Shown: one piece after another, positions 25,130 through 37,628 of the stretch
How the letters are laid out: each line of letters opens with the position of its first letter
Numbering within the stretch: position 1 is the stretch's first letter
NCBI RefSeq assembly: GCF_009834535.1
Contig: NC_045697.1
Coordinates: 86,616,001 to 86,680,000 of the forward strand
Origin: Camelus ferus
Lineage: Eukaryota
Length of the DNA: 64,000 bases
Direction: 5' to 3'
Position numbers and translations under genes: made by a program
Notes under the pieces: generated by a model
Seen by the model: only the letters and a program-made list of their open reading frames with translations
The model's database searches: none
Told to the model about the DNA's origin: nothing

Positions 25130-28100
25130 AAACCTTTTATTTTGAAATAATATAGGCTCATAAGAAGTTGCAGAAATAGTACAGAGAAGTCCTTTGTACC
25201 CATCACCCACCTTCCTTCAATGGTACATAATTATAAAACATAATCAAAACCAGGAAATTGACATAGGCACAATACAATTAACCAGACCAAAGAACATACT
25301 CAGATTTTACCAATTCTCATATGTACTCCTTTTTTATGTGTACAGTTTATGGAATATTTTCATATGTATACATTAATAAAACTATCACCTGCATCATTTT
25401 GCATTCCCAAAAGCAGTGTACAACAAAGGTTATCAGTTCCTCCATCTTAGTCTTTATAGTCAAACCTTCTCCAATATCTGGCAGTTTGTTCTCTCTATAT
25501 ATGATTGTATCGTTTTGAGAATGTTATATTGATGCAATTGTATAGTATAGTATTTGGAAATAGGCTTTTTTCACTCATTACAATGACCTTGAGATAAATC
25601 CAAGTTGTTGCAGGTATCAATAGTTTGTTATTTTTTATTGCTGAATAATATTTCATTTTATATATTACCACAATGTATCCCTTCACCCATGAAGGCGAAC
25701 CCATTTGGGGTTTTTCCAGTTTTGACTATTACAAATAAAGCAGCAGTGAATGTCTATGCATTGTTTTTACTGTGGTAAGATATACATTACAAAATTTACT
25801 TTTAACCATTTTTAGGTGTACAATTCAGTGGTAGTAAGTACATTCACAATGTTTTGCAACCATCACCACTATCCATTTCCAGAACTTTTGTATCATTCCA
25901 AACGGAAACTGTGTACCATTAAACAATAACTCCCCACTCCCTCTTTCCCCTAGCCCCTAGGTAAGCATGAATCTATTTTCTGTCTATGAATTTGCCTATT
26001 CTAGATACCTCATGTAAGTGGAATCGTAAATATTTGTACTATTGTGTCTGGTTTATTTCACTTAGCATAGTGTTTTCAAAGTTTGTTCATGATGTAGCAT
26101 GTATTGAAATTTCCTTTTTGGGCTGCATAACGTTTCCATTTGTATGGGTATGCTGCATTTTTTGTTTATCCATTCATCTGTTAATGGACACTTGGTTTTT
26201 TTTTTCCTTTGGGCCATTGTAATTCATGTTGCTATGAATATGAGTATGCAAGTATGTTGAGTCCTGCTTTCAATTCTTTTGGACACAAACCTTGAAGTGG
26301 AATTGTTAGATCATATGGTAATTCTTTAATTTTTCAAGGAACTACCACTGTTTTCCATTGTGGCTACATCATTTTGCATTCCCAAAAGCAGTGCACAATA
26401 AAGGTTATCAGTTTCTCCATATTCTGTCAACACTTGTTATTTTCCATTTTTCTGGGCATAATGCTCAAGGATTTCTTATGTAACCTTATATATATTGGTC
26501 TTTTTTCTTTTCCACTGCTCTGTCCTATGTCAATACAATGCTTAGTTATTATGTAGCTTTTTAATAAGTATTGATATTTGGTAACGTGTCCTCCAGCTTT
26601 GTTTTTCTTCAAGAATGTCTTGGCCATTTTAGATTCTTTGTATTTCCATATAAAATTAAGCTTCACCTTTAGGTTTCATACTGCCCCTCCACCACAAACA
26701 CACATTTAAAATCTATTGAAATTTTAAATTGCATTAACTCTATAGATAAATTTAGGTAGAACCAACATCTTATATTGAGTCTTACAATTCACAAACATGG
26801 TAGATCCTTTCTTTTATCTAGGTCTTAATTTCTCTTAGTAATGTTTCTTTCAAGATAGAGGTATATATTTCATGACATCTATTCCCAGTTATTTGATGTT
26901 ATTTGGTGCTGTTGCAAATGGTACTGGTTTTAAATATTCTTTCTTTGATTCTGGCATATAAAAATACGGTAGATATTTGTATATTAATCTCGTTACTAGT
27001 AATCTTACCATGGTCATCCATTAATTCTAATAGTTTATGATTGCAGATTCTTCTGGACATTCTATTTGTACAGTCACATCTGTGAAAAATGATAATTTTA
27101 ATTATTCCTTTCTAATCTTTTACTGCTTTTCCTTTGTTACATTTTTAGAATCTCTACTGCACGATTGAATAGAAATTGTGGTGGACATCCTTGTCTTGGT
27201 CCTAAACTCAGGAAAGTGTTCCATATTTCATAATTAACATATTGGCTATGGTTTTGTGACAGATACACTCAGTTTAAGGAAATTCTCTTCTTAGTTTTCT
27301 GAGCACTACTTTTTTTTAATTTTCTCAACTGATTTTTATACACCACTTGAGTTGATTCATGTAGTCTATGTAAATTTCTTTTTTTCTTTGTGGTGAATTA
27401 AATTTTTTAAAAATCATCAAACCAATTTTATATTCTTGGAATAAATCCAATTTGGTTACATATATTACCTTTTATATATAACACTATTTTTATTTGCTAA
27501 TGTTTTGTTAAAGGTTTTGCATTTGTGTTTATCAGAATTCCTGGCCTATATTTAATCTTTCTTATAATGTTAGTTTGGTATCAAGGTTAGGCTGGTCTAA
27601 TAGAGTGATTTTTTTAAGTGTTCTTTCTTTTTCTATTCTTTTGGATTGTTTGTGTTAAGATGGCTAGTATTTATTTTTTTAATATTTAGAAGAATATAAC
27701 AGAAAGGACATTTAGGCCTGGAATTTCCTTTATGAGAATGTTTTAAATTACCAATTCAATTTCTATTATTTTTGACCATTATTTCTTCAAAAATTTTTTC
27801 TCTCCTTTTTCTGGTATTTCTATTTACCTATATGTTAAACCACTTGATAGTATCCATTGAGTTTACTTTTTTCTCTTTGTTCTTTAGTTTCATAGTTTCT
27901 CTAAGATAGTATGTTTAAGTTAACTGATCTTTTCTTCTTCAGTGTCTAATCTCTTGTTAAGCCTATCGTATGATTCTTAAATTTCATATATTTTTCTGTT
28001 CTAGGACTTTGGTTCATTTTTATAGTTTTAATAGTTTCCATTTTTATAGTTTCCATTTCTCAGTTAGATTCTCTACTGGTCCCTTGTGTTCAGTTTGTCT

Positions 28101-30350
28101 TTTAAATCTTGAACATATTTATAATAGTGAATTCCAACACTCCTGTCATTCTTTTTTCTGTTTCTATTGAGCTGTTTTTCTAGTGGTTATAGGTCACATT
28201 TTACTCCTTTTTCACATGCTTGGTCAATCTTGGTTTATGCTGGACATTATTAATGCTTTGTTGCATTTCTAGGTATCGTTGGCTTATTTTAAACAATGTT
28301 GAATGTTGTTCTGAAATAGAATTAATTTACTTGTGGATCATCTTGAGTCTTTCAAGACTTGCTTTTAAGCTTTATTAAGGCAAGGTTAGAGTAGCCTTTA
28401 CATTAAGGCTAGATTAGTCCAACTTCTAAGACACTTTCTATGGCTTCTACCAAATTCCCGAGTTGTTCAACAAGGTTTCCTTTGTTCCTATAGATTCACT
28501 TTATTCCTTTTTTAGGTTTATTTTTAATATTATGTTTTCTCCTTTATTATTTCTAGTTGTACTATTTTTTAAGAGATTACCCTATATTATAATATTAAAT
28601 TTGATTTACTACAGTCTATTTAAACTTTATTCTTTGAGCTCTTCTCAAACAATACAAGTTTTAATGTAACATTTTAATGCTATTTATTATCTTTTGCCCT
28701 TAGTTCTTTAGTTGTCAAATATTTTACTTATGCATATGTTAAAATGCCACAAGACACAGTCATCCTAATTACCCACTATTTCCCCAGTGTGTACTACTTC
28801 TTTTTTGCAGTTCTGTGCTTTCATCTGGGATTTTCCTTTTGAACCTAAACTTATTCATTTAGCAGTACTTGTAGTTCAGGTCTTTTTTTAACTAGTTTTC
28901 TCAGCATTTTGTCTGAAATGTCTGTTTCATCTAAATTTCTAAGGAATTCTGGATACAGAATTCTACATTATTATGTATTTTGTTTGTTTTATCTCCTATA
29001 TGCCATTCCATTGTTTTTCAGCTTCCATAAGTGTTGGTGAAAAATTAGCAAACAGTTTTATTATTGCTTTGCTGAAGGCATTGCCTTCCCCCTCCTACCC
29101 CTGCCCTGCCCCACTGGCTGCTTTTTATCTTTGCTTTTCAGCAGTTTTGACTGTGATTTCCCTAGGTGTGGATTTGAGGGGTTTGTGTGGGTATTTGTTA
29201 CTGTTGTTGTTTTGTATTTATCCTGAGCATCTTTAATCTGTAGGTAAATGTCTTTTAATTGTTTATGAAATTATTAGCCATTATATCTTCAGATATAGCT
29301 TCTTCCTCTTTTTTTCCTCGTCTTTTATGATTCTAATTACCCGTATGTTAGATCTTTTTATTGTATTCTACTTGTTTCTTAAAATCTTTTGTATCTTCCC
29401 CCCCCACCCCCCTGGTCTTTAGTTTTGTTAATTTTTATTGGTCTGTCTTTGAGTCAGTATTCCAGTCTTCTGCTATTTCCATTATGCTATTAAACACATC
29501 TACTGATTTATTAATTTCAGATACTGTATTTCTCAGTTCTAGAATGTTCAGTAGATTCCAACTTTCTGCAAAAATACATGTATTTATCCATATTTTAGAA
29601 CTAATGCCATATTTTCATGAACATATTAATCAGTTATTTTAATATCTGTGACTTATAATTATATCTGAATTCTTTACTGAAGATTTTTATTGGCTTTTGC
29701 CTTGTAATTTTGAGTGTGTGTGTGTTAGTCATAATTTTTTGACTTATGCCATATGTGAATAAAATATTATAGAGGCTCTAGATTTGGATTTGATGATGTT
29801 ATCTTTAAACTAGATTGTGTTTTCCTGAGGAGGCAAGTAGGATCTGGCAGATACCTTTCATCCTGTTGAATCTTGGTTTTAGGCTTTGTTAGAACTGTTG
29901 TATTTCAGATTTGTCCTTATTCTAAGGCCAATTTACTTAGAGTCTTGGCCTTTCTTTTTTCTCATCTTAAATCCTGATGTATTTACTAGACCCTTCCCCA
30001 ATGGCAGAGCTTATACTCCAATATGTGTCTCCTCAGCACCACACAGCTCATTTGCCTCATTTCTGCTTTTTTCTGCCATTTCTTTTGGTGATTGGAAGGC
30101 ATCTTAACTTACGCATGTGCAGGTGATGGATCAGCCTTTGAGGGGAGTTTGCATATAGATAAATGGATGGGATCCTTCTCCACAATTCCCTCTGTTTTGC
30201 TTCTCAAATCCCATCCACTTTGACAACCCTGAACTCCTACCTTTATTTCCTCATAGGTCTGCCACTTGAGTTCCATTTTCCTGTGCTATAATTTGGAAAA
30301 TGCCCTCAGTAAAAAAGCCAGGATGTCAGTTGTGCCCATTTTTTCCCTTG
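25130..30350 (-). mobile_element. Mosaic of old L1M fragments (3'UTRs, ORF2, ORF1, 5' pieces)
   Basis: 3' ends at 25135 and ~25765. ORF2-like sequence at 26460-27780 (e.g. SKMAKTFLKKNKAGG). ORF1/5'-like sequence beyond that. Confidence 0.75.
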
Positions 30351-30389
30351 AGGAATGTAACCTGTGAGACCTGTCTGCATTGGTCCCTC

Positions 30390-32745
30390 TCCTCACACAG
30401 AGGAACTGTTACCACTCATAGGGTTGAAGGAAGGAGATTACTAGAAACTTGAAGGTCAGGATCATAAAGAAAGGGGCTACTTTGAGAGGAGTATGACCTT
30501 TGGTCAAGTGATGCAGCCATTCTGTGGCCGGATACTTCATCCAGCTCTTACCAGGGATTTGACCAAACTGGAAGGCAGGAAGCACTTTAATGTTGTTCAT
30601 TCATATAAATCAGCTTAACAGGGTGGAAAAGGATGTCAGGTTGTCAAGGGGAAAATAAAAGATATCTAGCACAGTTCACCTCTTTGTTCCTTAACATGTC
30701 CTCTCTTTCTTCATTTGGGAGAAAAGTTTGTATCCCAAGCAAGGAATTTTGGTATCATTGTGAGGTAATGTCAGTTGAGCAATAGTTTCCTGAAACTTAA
30801 AACGTTAGGCACACCACCAGTATTTTTCACATAAAGTAAGACTGTGTGAAGTCCCATTTGACATAGTGGGAACAAGAATATATATAACTACTTGGGTCTG
30901 TTCAATTGCCAAGAAAGTTGGTAGTCATGAAAGTTCATAGTCATGAAAGTTGGTGCTCATAACTGCCTTATTTCAGTATTCTTTGCACATTCCCCTTTAT
31001 CATTTGCCATTACTTTGGCTGGGTGGAATTCTTTGCCTGGTGGCAGACTCCTGATCTCAATTTTGTGGTATCTGAGTTTTTGGGATTCTTAACACTTTGA
31101 GAATTGATGCAGTTTTCCATTGATCAATACAAGTGGAGAGAGCTAAGAGATGTCCTGCTGAATTTCCCAGGTTCCAAGTATGGTGTTACCAATTGTGTAG
31201 CAGTTGCCTCTGTTCTATAGCAGGATCTCAGTTTCCCTTTGTCATCAAAATCAGTTAACTCTGCCACTACAATAGTCTTTTATATACCTGTTGGTTCAGC
31301 TGCATGAAAAGCCCCCAGATGCCCAAAAGGTGTCTCAGCTTCCATTTAATCAGTTTTCTGGTAGAAGTCAATGTTCCTGGTAGAAACATGCCTCATTGGG
31401 CACTAGGACCTTAAAATTGACCAAGCTAATGTTTCTTTGGTGGGAGGTTAAAATTTTTTTTCAAGTAAGTCATTTAGTATAATAATAATAAGATGGAATG
31501 CTTTTGTTTATACTTCTTGATGGGCTATGGGGAAGACTGTACCATATATTGGCTGCTGGTTTAGCACAGCGATGTTGAGATCTTAACTCCCATGTTAGGC
31601 ATGGAGGCTGTGAAAGATAATAGAGGTGCATTCTGAGGAAAAATATCCTCAGTTTGTGAGTCATTGGAAGGTTTTTGAGTAAAGGTGTGATTTTTCCTCA
31701 GAAGGGATACTGTTAAAGAAAAGAAGTTGTCTGTCAACAGGAAAGACAAATGTTCAAGGTTCTCAGCCTCCATGTCTGGCAGAATATCCACATCCCATAT
31801 CGCAGAGCCCCACTCCTTCCCCACCCTTAGTATGAGAGACCTGGAAAGCTAAAGCTTTTAATTGGTACTACATCTTTGCAGACTTACATCAGACTCTTGG
31901 ATTTTTCCTTTGCCATATATGTTCTATGACTACAAGAGATAAGGAACTGCTTCAGAACTACCAATGAAGACTTCTGGTTGCCCATGCATGTTTTTAATTG
32001 TATATTTGTAACTTTAATTCTTTCCCTTTGTTCTCTATCTTAGGCCATCAAAAGAATACAGATGATAATCACAATTTTTATAACTACTATTGCTGAAGCA
32101 ATTAAATGTCACAGTCATTTCGTAACATTTTGCTCTACATCTGCACCTTATCCTATGCTACCATTGATGATAACTTGAATAATCAGGATGCTACTACATC
32201 CTATAGATTTTTCATAGTCCTAATTTTGTTGTGCTCCTTGAATATATGAAAAACCTGGTCCCAGAAATCTGTTTTGAGGATCTATTTCTTAGGTACAATT
32301 ACTGTGTCTGAGTCAAAACTGATGGTATACTCAGACTAATTTAAGGAGAACCTAATAAAGAGACAATTTACAAAGCTATGGTCAGGGTACAGGAAAACTG
32401 CAAGAGACAGTTCAGTACCCCAGAGCTGGTAATAGTACAGGTGTTACCATCTTTAAAGGGTGGAGTGGAAAGAAAGGTTAGCAGAACCCAGAAGGAAAAA
32501 GTCTCAAGAGAGCCACCTTGAGAGAAACTGGGTTCTTTGGTCAAGAGGCACAGCCATGCAGTGGCTACTCCATAGAGAGAAAGGAATCTCTTCTGTCCCT
32601 CAGACCTCCTACCGGAGCCACCCAGTGGCAGGACCCAATGGAAAGCCAGAGGGTAGGGGAAAGCTTTGGTATAGGTTATACAAGTGGGTGTCCTGAAGGC
32701 AGAGAGCAAGGTATAAGATTCTGAAGAATGGAGGAGAAACACACC
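30390..32745 (-). mobile_element. Internally deleted ERVL-class provirus with both LTRs
   Basis: 5'LTR ~32303-32745, followed by PBS-like sequence (32260-32300). Internal ~30690-32260. Purine-rich PPT-like tract (30674-30686) abuts the 3'LTR, which begins TGTGCTAGATATC at 30673. Confidence 0.65.
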
Positions 32746-33035
32746 AATTATATGAAGGGTTTCAAGAGTGTTTTTGTTCTGGCATCTTATTTAAAGCATG
32801 ACCTGGAGAAGGAAACTAGTATAATTTGATGGGATTTTCTCAGACTAGAATTAAGAATCTAATCAATTCATGAAAGGAGAAAAAGCAAAAGCTTTGAGAA
32901 GCCCATTTCCCCAATGGGGAAGGGGTAATTTTTTAAGCATCTTAACCATCTTGTGAAGAGTTTACATGAGTATTTCAGAAATATTTTAGTGCTTACTCTG
33001 TGCTATTCGCAGAATAACAAATATCTGGGCTTGTT

Positions 33036-33067
33036 TTTATTCATCAGCTTTATTAAATAATTTTATT
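33036..33067 (-). terminator. IL2 polyadenylation signals (3 x AATAAA)
   Basis: tttatt on the + strand at 33036-41, 33049-54 and 33062-67, about 250-280 nt after the stop. Confidence 0.85.
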
Positions 33068-33111
33068 AACTGACCTACATAGACATGATATTTAACAGTT
33101 CAATATAAAAA

Positions 33112-33278
33112 TAAATACTTTAGGATAAATAATTTAAATGAATTTTTAGAGCCCCTAGGGCTTACAAAAAGAATCTTAAAAGATCCATATTTATCATCTG
33201 AGGAGGAAGAATAATAGTTACAAATATAGAAAACCATACATCAAAAAATAAATATAAATTTTAAATACTCAAATAAAT
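33112..33278 (-). promoter_or_regulatory. IL2 3'UTR AU-rich elements
   Basis: ATTTA pentamers on the - strand at 33274-78, 33262-66, 33255-59, 33249-53, 33135-39, 33126-30 and 33112-16. Confidence 0.9.
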
Positions 33279-33314
33279 AGCCTGATAACATTTAAAATGG
33301 GAGGCACTTAATCA

Positions 33315-33425
33315 TCAAGTCAGTGTTGAGTAGATACTTTGGCAAAAGGTAATCCATTTGTTCAGAAATTCTACAACAGTTACTGTCTCATCATCATATT
33401 CACATGTGAATCCTGTTTCAGATCC
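33315..33425 (-). CDS. IL2: Interleukin-2 exon 4 (coding part)
   Basis: tttttacag acceptor. Reads [36 protein letters not shown], with TGA followed by a second TGA. Spliced product is 154 aa. Confidence 0.98.
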   Translation of the reverse strand, partial: GSETGFTCEYDDETVTVVEFLNKWITFCQSIYSTLT

Positions 33426-35033
33426 CTGTAAAAAAGAAAACATTTGAAATTTTGTTTTAGTTCAGGGCAGTTTACCTTATATATAATTATTCTCAATCGT
33501 GTACAATTCAAAAAAACAGTCTTAGACAAATACTTCATTAAATGCTGCTTGCAAAATTAAAGTTGCTAAACCTCTTTTTCTCTGGAAATATATCTGATTT
33601 ATATCTATATATAGGTTACATGTATGTAGTGATAAGCTCATTATACTTTATTCATCATTAACTTTTTAAGTCTCCTATGTTTCTGCTTGAGTGAACCTCA
33701 TATTTTCCCCAAAGCAAAATAGAAACAACCAGAGTAAGTTAGGATAAGGTTTTGTTTGGGAGGAAATTTGTATGAAAAACATTTTCGTAAATACTCATCC
33801 CCACTCCCACCCCACTTCAGTATCAATGCAGGTAAGTTTCCCAACTTTTAAAGATCTAAACACTAGAAATTCTGTAGAATGGCTTTTTAGAAATTCACCT
33901 CCTCTGCTGATAGGGACTATTTCAACTCTGCCTCTAGTTGACAAGCTAAGAAGAAAATATTTTGATATATAGCAAGATAAAAAAGAGGGATTTTTCACAT
34001 TTGAAGTAATTCCTATCCAGAAAACATAAACCAAGTGAGATAAAGTATTCCCTTTAAATAAACTATTGCAGTGTTTTATACACTCTTACATATAATCATT
34101 TAAATACCATAATCTCTTGAGGGGTTAGATTTTTTTTTTAAGTGGCTGGCTTCTGAAACACTTTCTGATTTTTATGTAATTTTATCCTAATTTTGCATCT
34201 AGAATGTAGAATGAGTTTTTCTGATGTTGGTCAAGAATTTTAGAGCATGGATGATAAATTGAGTCTTTCAATGACAAGATGACTAATCTCAATGTATTTT
34301 TTAAATTAAATGGAAAGCAACAGTCTATTAATAAAGAGACTTATTTGGAAGCAGTTATATACTTTTAGAAACTTGGTTCTACTGTAATTAAAATTATGCT
34401 GTTTATTTAGGATCCCTATTAATTCATGAACTTTGTTCTTTGGCAGATGGATGAGAAAAGAGAGCCATGAATCTCTTACATCACCCGGGTTCCTTGTATA
34501 TTTCATGCTTCCTATGCGTTTAAAAATACTTAAGGTCCTGAAAGTGAGTATTACCTCTAAATAAAAGTTAATTATCTGGTCCATTGGCCATTTTACTGGT
34601 TGCCATTTTTTTTTTTTTTTTTTAGATAACTCTCTTAGTTCTTCTACCAAATGATAAGAAAAACCCATTTGAAAAGCCTTTCAGGTAATCAGAATTAGCT
34701 ATTCTAGAAAATGAGCTGAAGGAATTAAAAAATATGTAATGAAACCTGTTTGCTTTCTGTGAAATTCAATTCAGTGTTTTATCCCACTCCCAGTTTTGTG
34801 TTAATGTGAGGGGTGACAGACTGAGGGATGGGGGCTTGTTCCTGAGTTGAGTAGGTGGTAGGTGGAAACCCTCTAGCTTACACTTTTAAGCTCCACAATT
34901 TATCTAACATAAAAGTGACTTATGTTCACAGTGGACTTAAAATGCATGAGTACTTCACAATACCAAAAATGTTATACCACTTTAAAATGCCCTTCCATTT
35001 ATGTTATTTTCAGGAGAGCAAATAATGTCTTAC

Positions 35034-35180
35034 CTTCAGTTCCGAAACCGTTAAATTGATATTGTTCATTGAGTCCTTGATATTTGTCAGGTGAGAGTTT
35101 TTGCTTTGAGCTAAATTTAGCACTTCCTCCAAAGGTTTGAGTTCTTCCATGAGACACTGAAGGTGTTTCAATTCTGTAGC
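35034..35180 (-). CDS. IL2: Interleukin-2 exon 3
   Basis: aag acceptor. 147 nt reading [49 protein letters not shown]. gtaaga donor. Confidence 0.97.
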
Positions 35181-35934
35181 CTTGAATAATAATAAAAATA
35201 ATTATCAGGTCAATCTGCCCTGACAAAATGTCAGAATCAGAAATTAATCTCAAATTTATTTTATTAATAGTGGCAGTATATAGTTTTTACCATTGTTCCT
35301 ATTTTCAGCATTACTATAAAGATGGACCAATGTGGTTTACATTATAAGACTGAAAAACTAGAGATCAGCTGCCCATGGTTAGTGTTAACTATTAGTTAAC
35401 AAATAGTGAGTCATTAATTTCAGCTTAATTTGACTTTGCAAAAAGTCAGCATTTCTGCACCCAATTGCAAATCACCAGTGCAGGTTGAATTCTTTTCCAG
35501 TCTGCATAGAAATTATTAGAACCAGAGTAGTCATAATGTAGAAGTATAGGATCACATTCTATGATTCTAATATTTAATAATCTAAGAGTTGAGAATCTTA
35601 GACTGTTTAGGGACAGAGGGAGCTCTTGGATGCCATCTGTCACAATCCTGACATTTTATAAGTTAGGTAATTATAACTAGTTAGTAATGACTCAATATAG
35701 CAAGTCACATATAACTGGATTTAAATTTTTTACTTTTCTATAATAAGTACAAGAAGGTACATTTTAAAAAATTATTTGCCAAATCAAATAAAAGCTTACA
35801 ATATTTGTAAGATTTTTAGATGGACCTTCTGATTTAGTCACAAACATACACACTCATATATGTAAAATACTAATATTTCATAGTTCGTGGTACATTTTAA
35901 TGTCCTAAATAAGCCCATTTAAGTCTAGGAGCCA

Positions 35935-36065
35935 CCTTTTGAGATAGGTAATCCAGTGTGTTATCTCCATTTTACAAATAAGGAAACTAAATCTCAGAAT
36001 TTAAGTGTCTTCCCCAAGGCCACATGACTAGGTGGAGCCTGGATTAAATTTCAGTTCTTTATAGT
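35935..36065 (-). mobile_element. MIR SINE in IL2 intron 2
   Basis: MIR core ccattttacaaataaggaaact...ccccaaggccacatgactag. Confidence 0.75.
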
Positions 36066-36879
36066 ATTAACATCACAACCTTTGACTTAAATGTTTTTAT
36101 AGCTCTCTAAATTATTTTGCAACCACGGAATGGTTGTAAAATGAACAAATGAGTGGAGTTTATCACATTACTTTTGGTTTCAAATAGATTTTGCATTGTC
36201 ATTTGGAAACTTAGATTTCAGAGAATTCCAACACCCTCTAAATTATGCACATATTCTCATGTTATCTTTCTAATAGTTTTTAGAGGGAGAGGTAGGACTA
36301 CACCACATACATCTTATGACATTTCCATCTAATGCCCTTTCAACTTGCATTAGTACTACAAGTTCTGTAAGTTCAGTGCTTAAGTTTTTGGCATGAACAA
36401 CTTGGAGCTATTTCCCTCAAGAAACAGTGTAGTGTCTATGTTGCTGGAGATAACATGTGACTCTGATGAAGCTAGGGAGCATCTCTTAAGTTACTTCCTT
36501 TTCATCTTTCAGAAGGGCCGTTTGAAGCATAATTTCCTTAAATTTATGAGAAGTGGATCAGTGAGATTGCATCTATGATCCTTAAATCCCACTTTTTTCT
36601 GGGCCATTCACCCTAGGACAAGCTCTTTCTAGCACCAAAGTTTTGCCCATTATTTACTGACTGGCATGACTACTAGGAAACTTTACACTCCAAGTGTAGC
36701 TCTAGGAGCTTGGATGATGCTTATCTAACTATCTGAATCCCCAAATGACCAAATGAAGCTTTTAGTCTTGGAAAATAAGCCACATAGCATCAGAAGTCTT
36801 TATGTCTATTGACAGAAAAGATGTCTAAGTCCAAACTGTAATTTATACTCTCCAGGAGGAATTTTGTCTTTACTATTAC

Positions 36880-37130
36880 TAATAGCTAATGCTTATATGG
36901 TATTTACCATATGCCAGATGCTGTTCTGAGTACTTTACATGTACTCATTAAACCTCACAAAACTGCATGAAGTATATATAATTATCATTTACATAAGTAG
37001 ATAAGAAACTGAGTCACAAAAAGAATAGGTAACTTGCCCAAGATCACAAAAGCTAGGACATGGCAGAGCTGAGATTTCAGTTCAAATAATATGGCCCTAG
37101 AATCTGTGCTATTGATTACTGCTATGCAAC
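36880..37130 (-). mobile_element. MIR SINE in IL2 intron 2
   Basis: aatagctaatgcttat...gataagaaactgagtcac...gtaacttgcccaagatcaca...ggcagagctgagattt. Confidence 0.85.
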
Positions 37131-37477
37131 CTCTCAAAGATAAATCCTTAGGAATCTCCTAATACAGTAAAGAATCTTTTAAAGTGGGCTTCTGAAATCA
37201 ATTTTGCTAATTTGGATGGTAAAACAATATAATTGAATATCTCTTGAGTTTTACATTTTTAAATAAAATAGTAGGTCAACACAATCTTTTTAAAAACTGT
37301 CCCACTCCCTCTACCCCAAAACACACACAAGTACATATTAAAAAAGTATTAGCAAAGCCATTTGCAGAAGCCCCATTAGTAACTGAAGTTACTAATTCTT
37401 CTCCAGTCAATGTGCAGATTTTCATATTACTTTCAATTTTATTAAAATGTAAATTGAATGTTGAAAGTTGCACTTAC

Positions 37478-37537
37478 CTTCTTGGGCATGTAAAATTTAA
37501 ATGTGAGCATCCTGGAGAGTTTGAGGTTCTCATAGTT
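37478..37537 (-). CDS. IL2: Interleukin-2 exon 2
   Basis: cag acceptor. 60 nt reading [20 protein letters not shown]. gtaagt donor. Intron 1 is 91 nt. Confidence 0.98.
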
Positions 37538-37628
37538 CTGAGAAAGCATAACAGATTGTTATTAAAAAACAAACTCCAGTTAGAAAAATTAAAATTAATA
37601 ATTTTAGTAAGAAAGGGAATAAACTTAC

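Noticed and set aside
34999..35253. 84-aa ORF over IL2 exon 3, and the ORFs at 37244-37633 and 37630-37839
   Set aside because: Alternative-frame or antisense overlaps of IL2 exons with no recognisable product.
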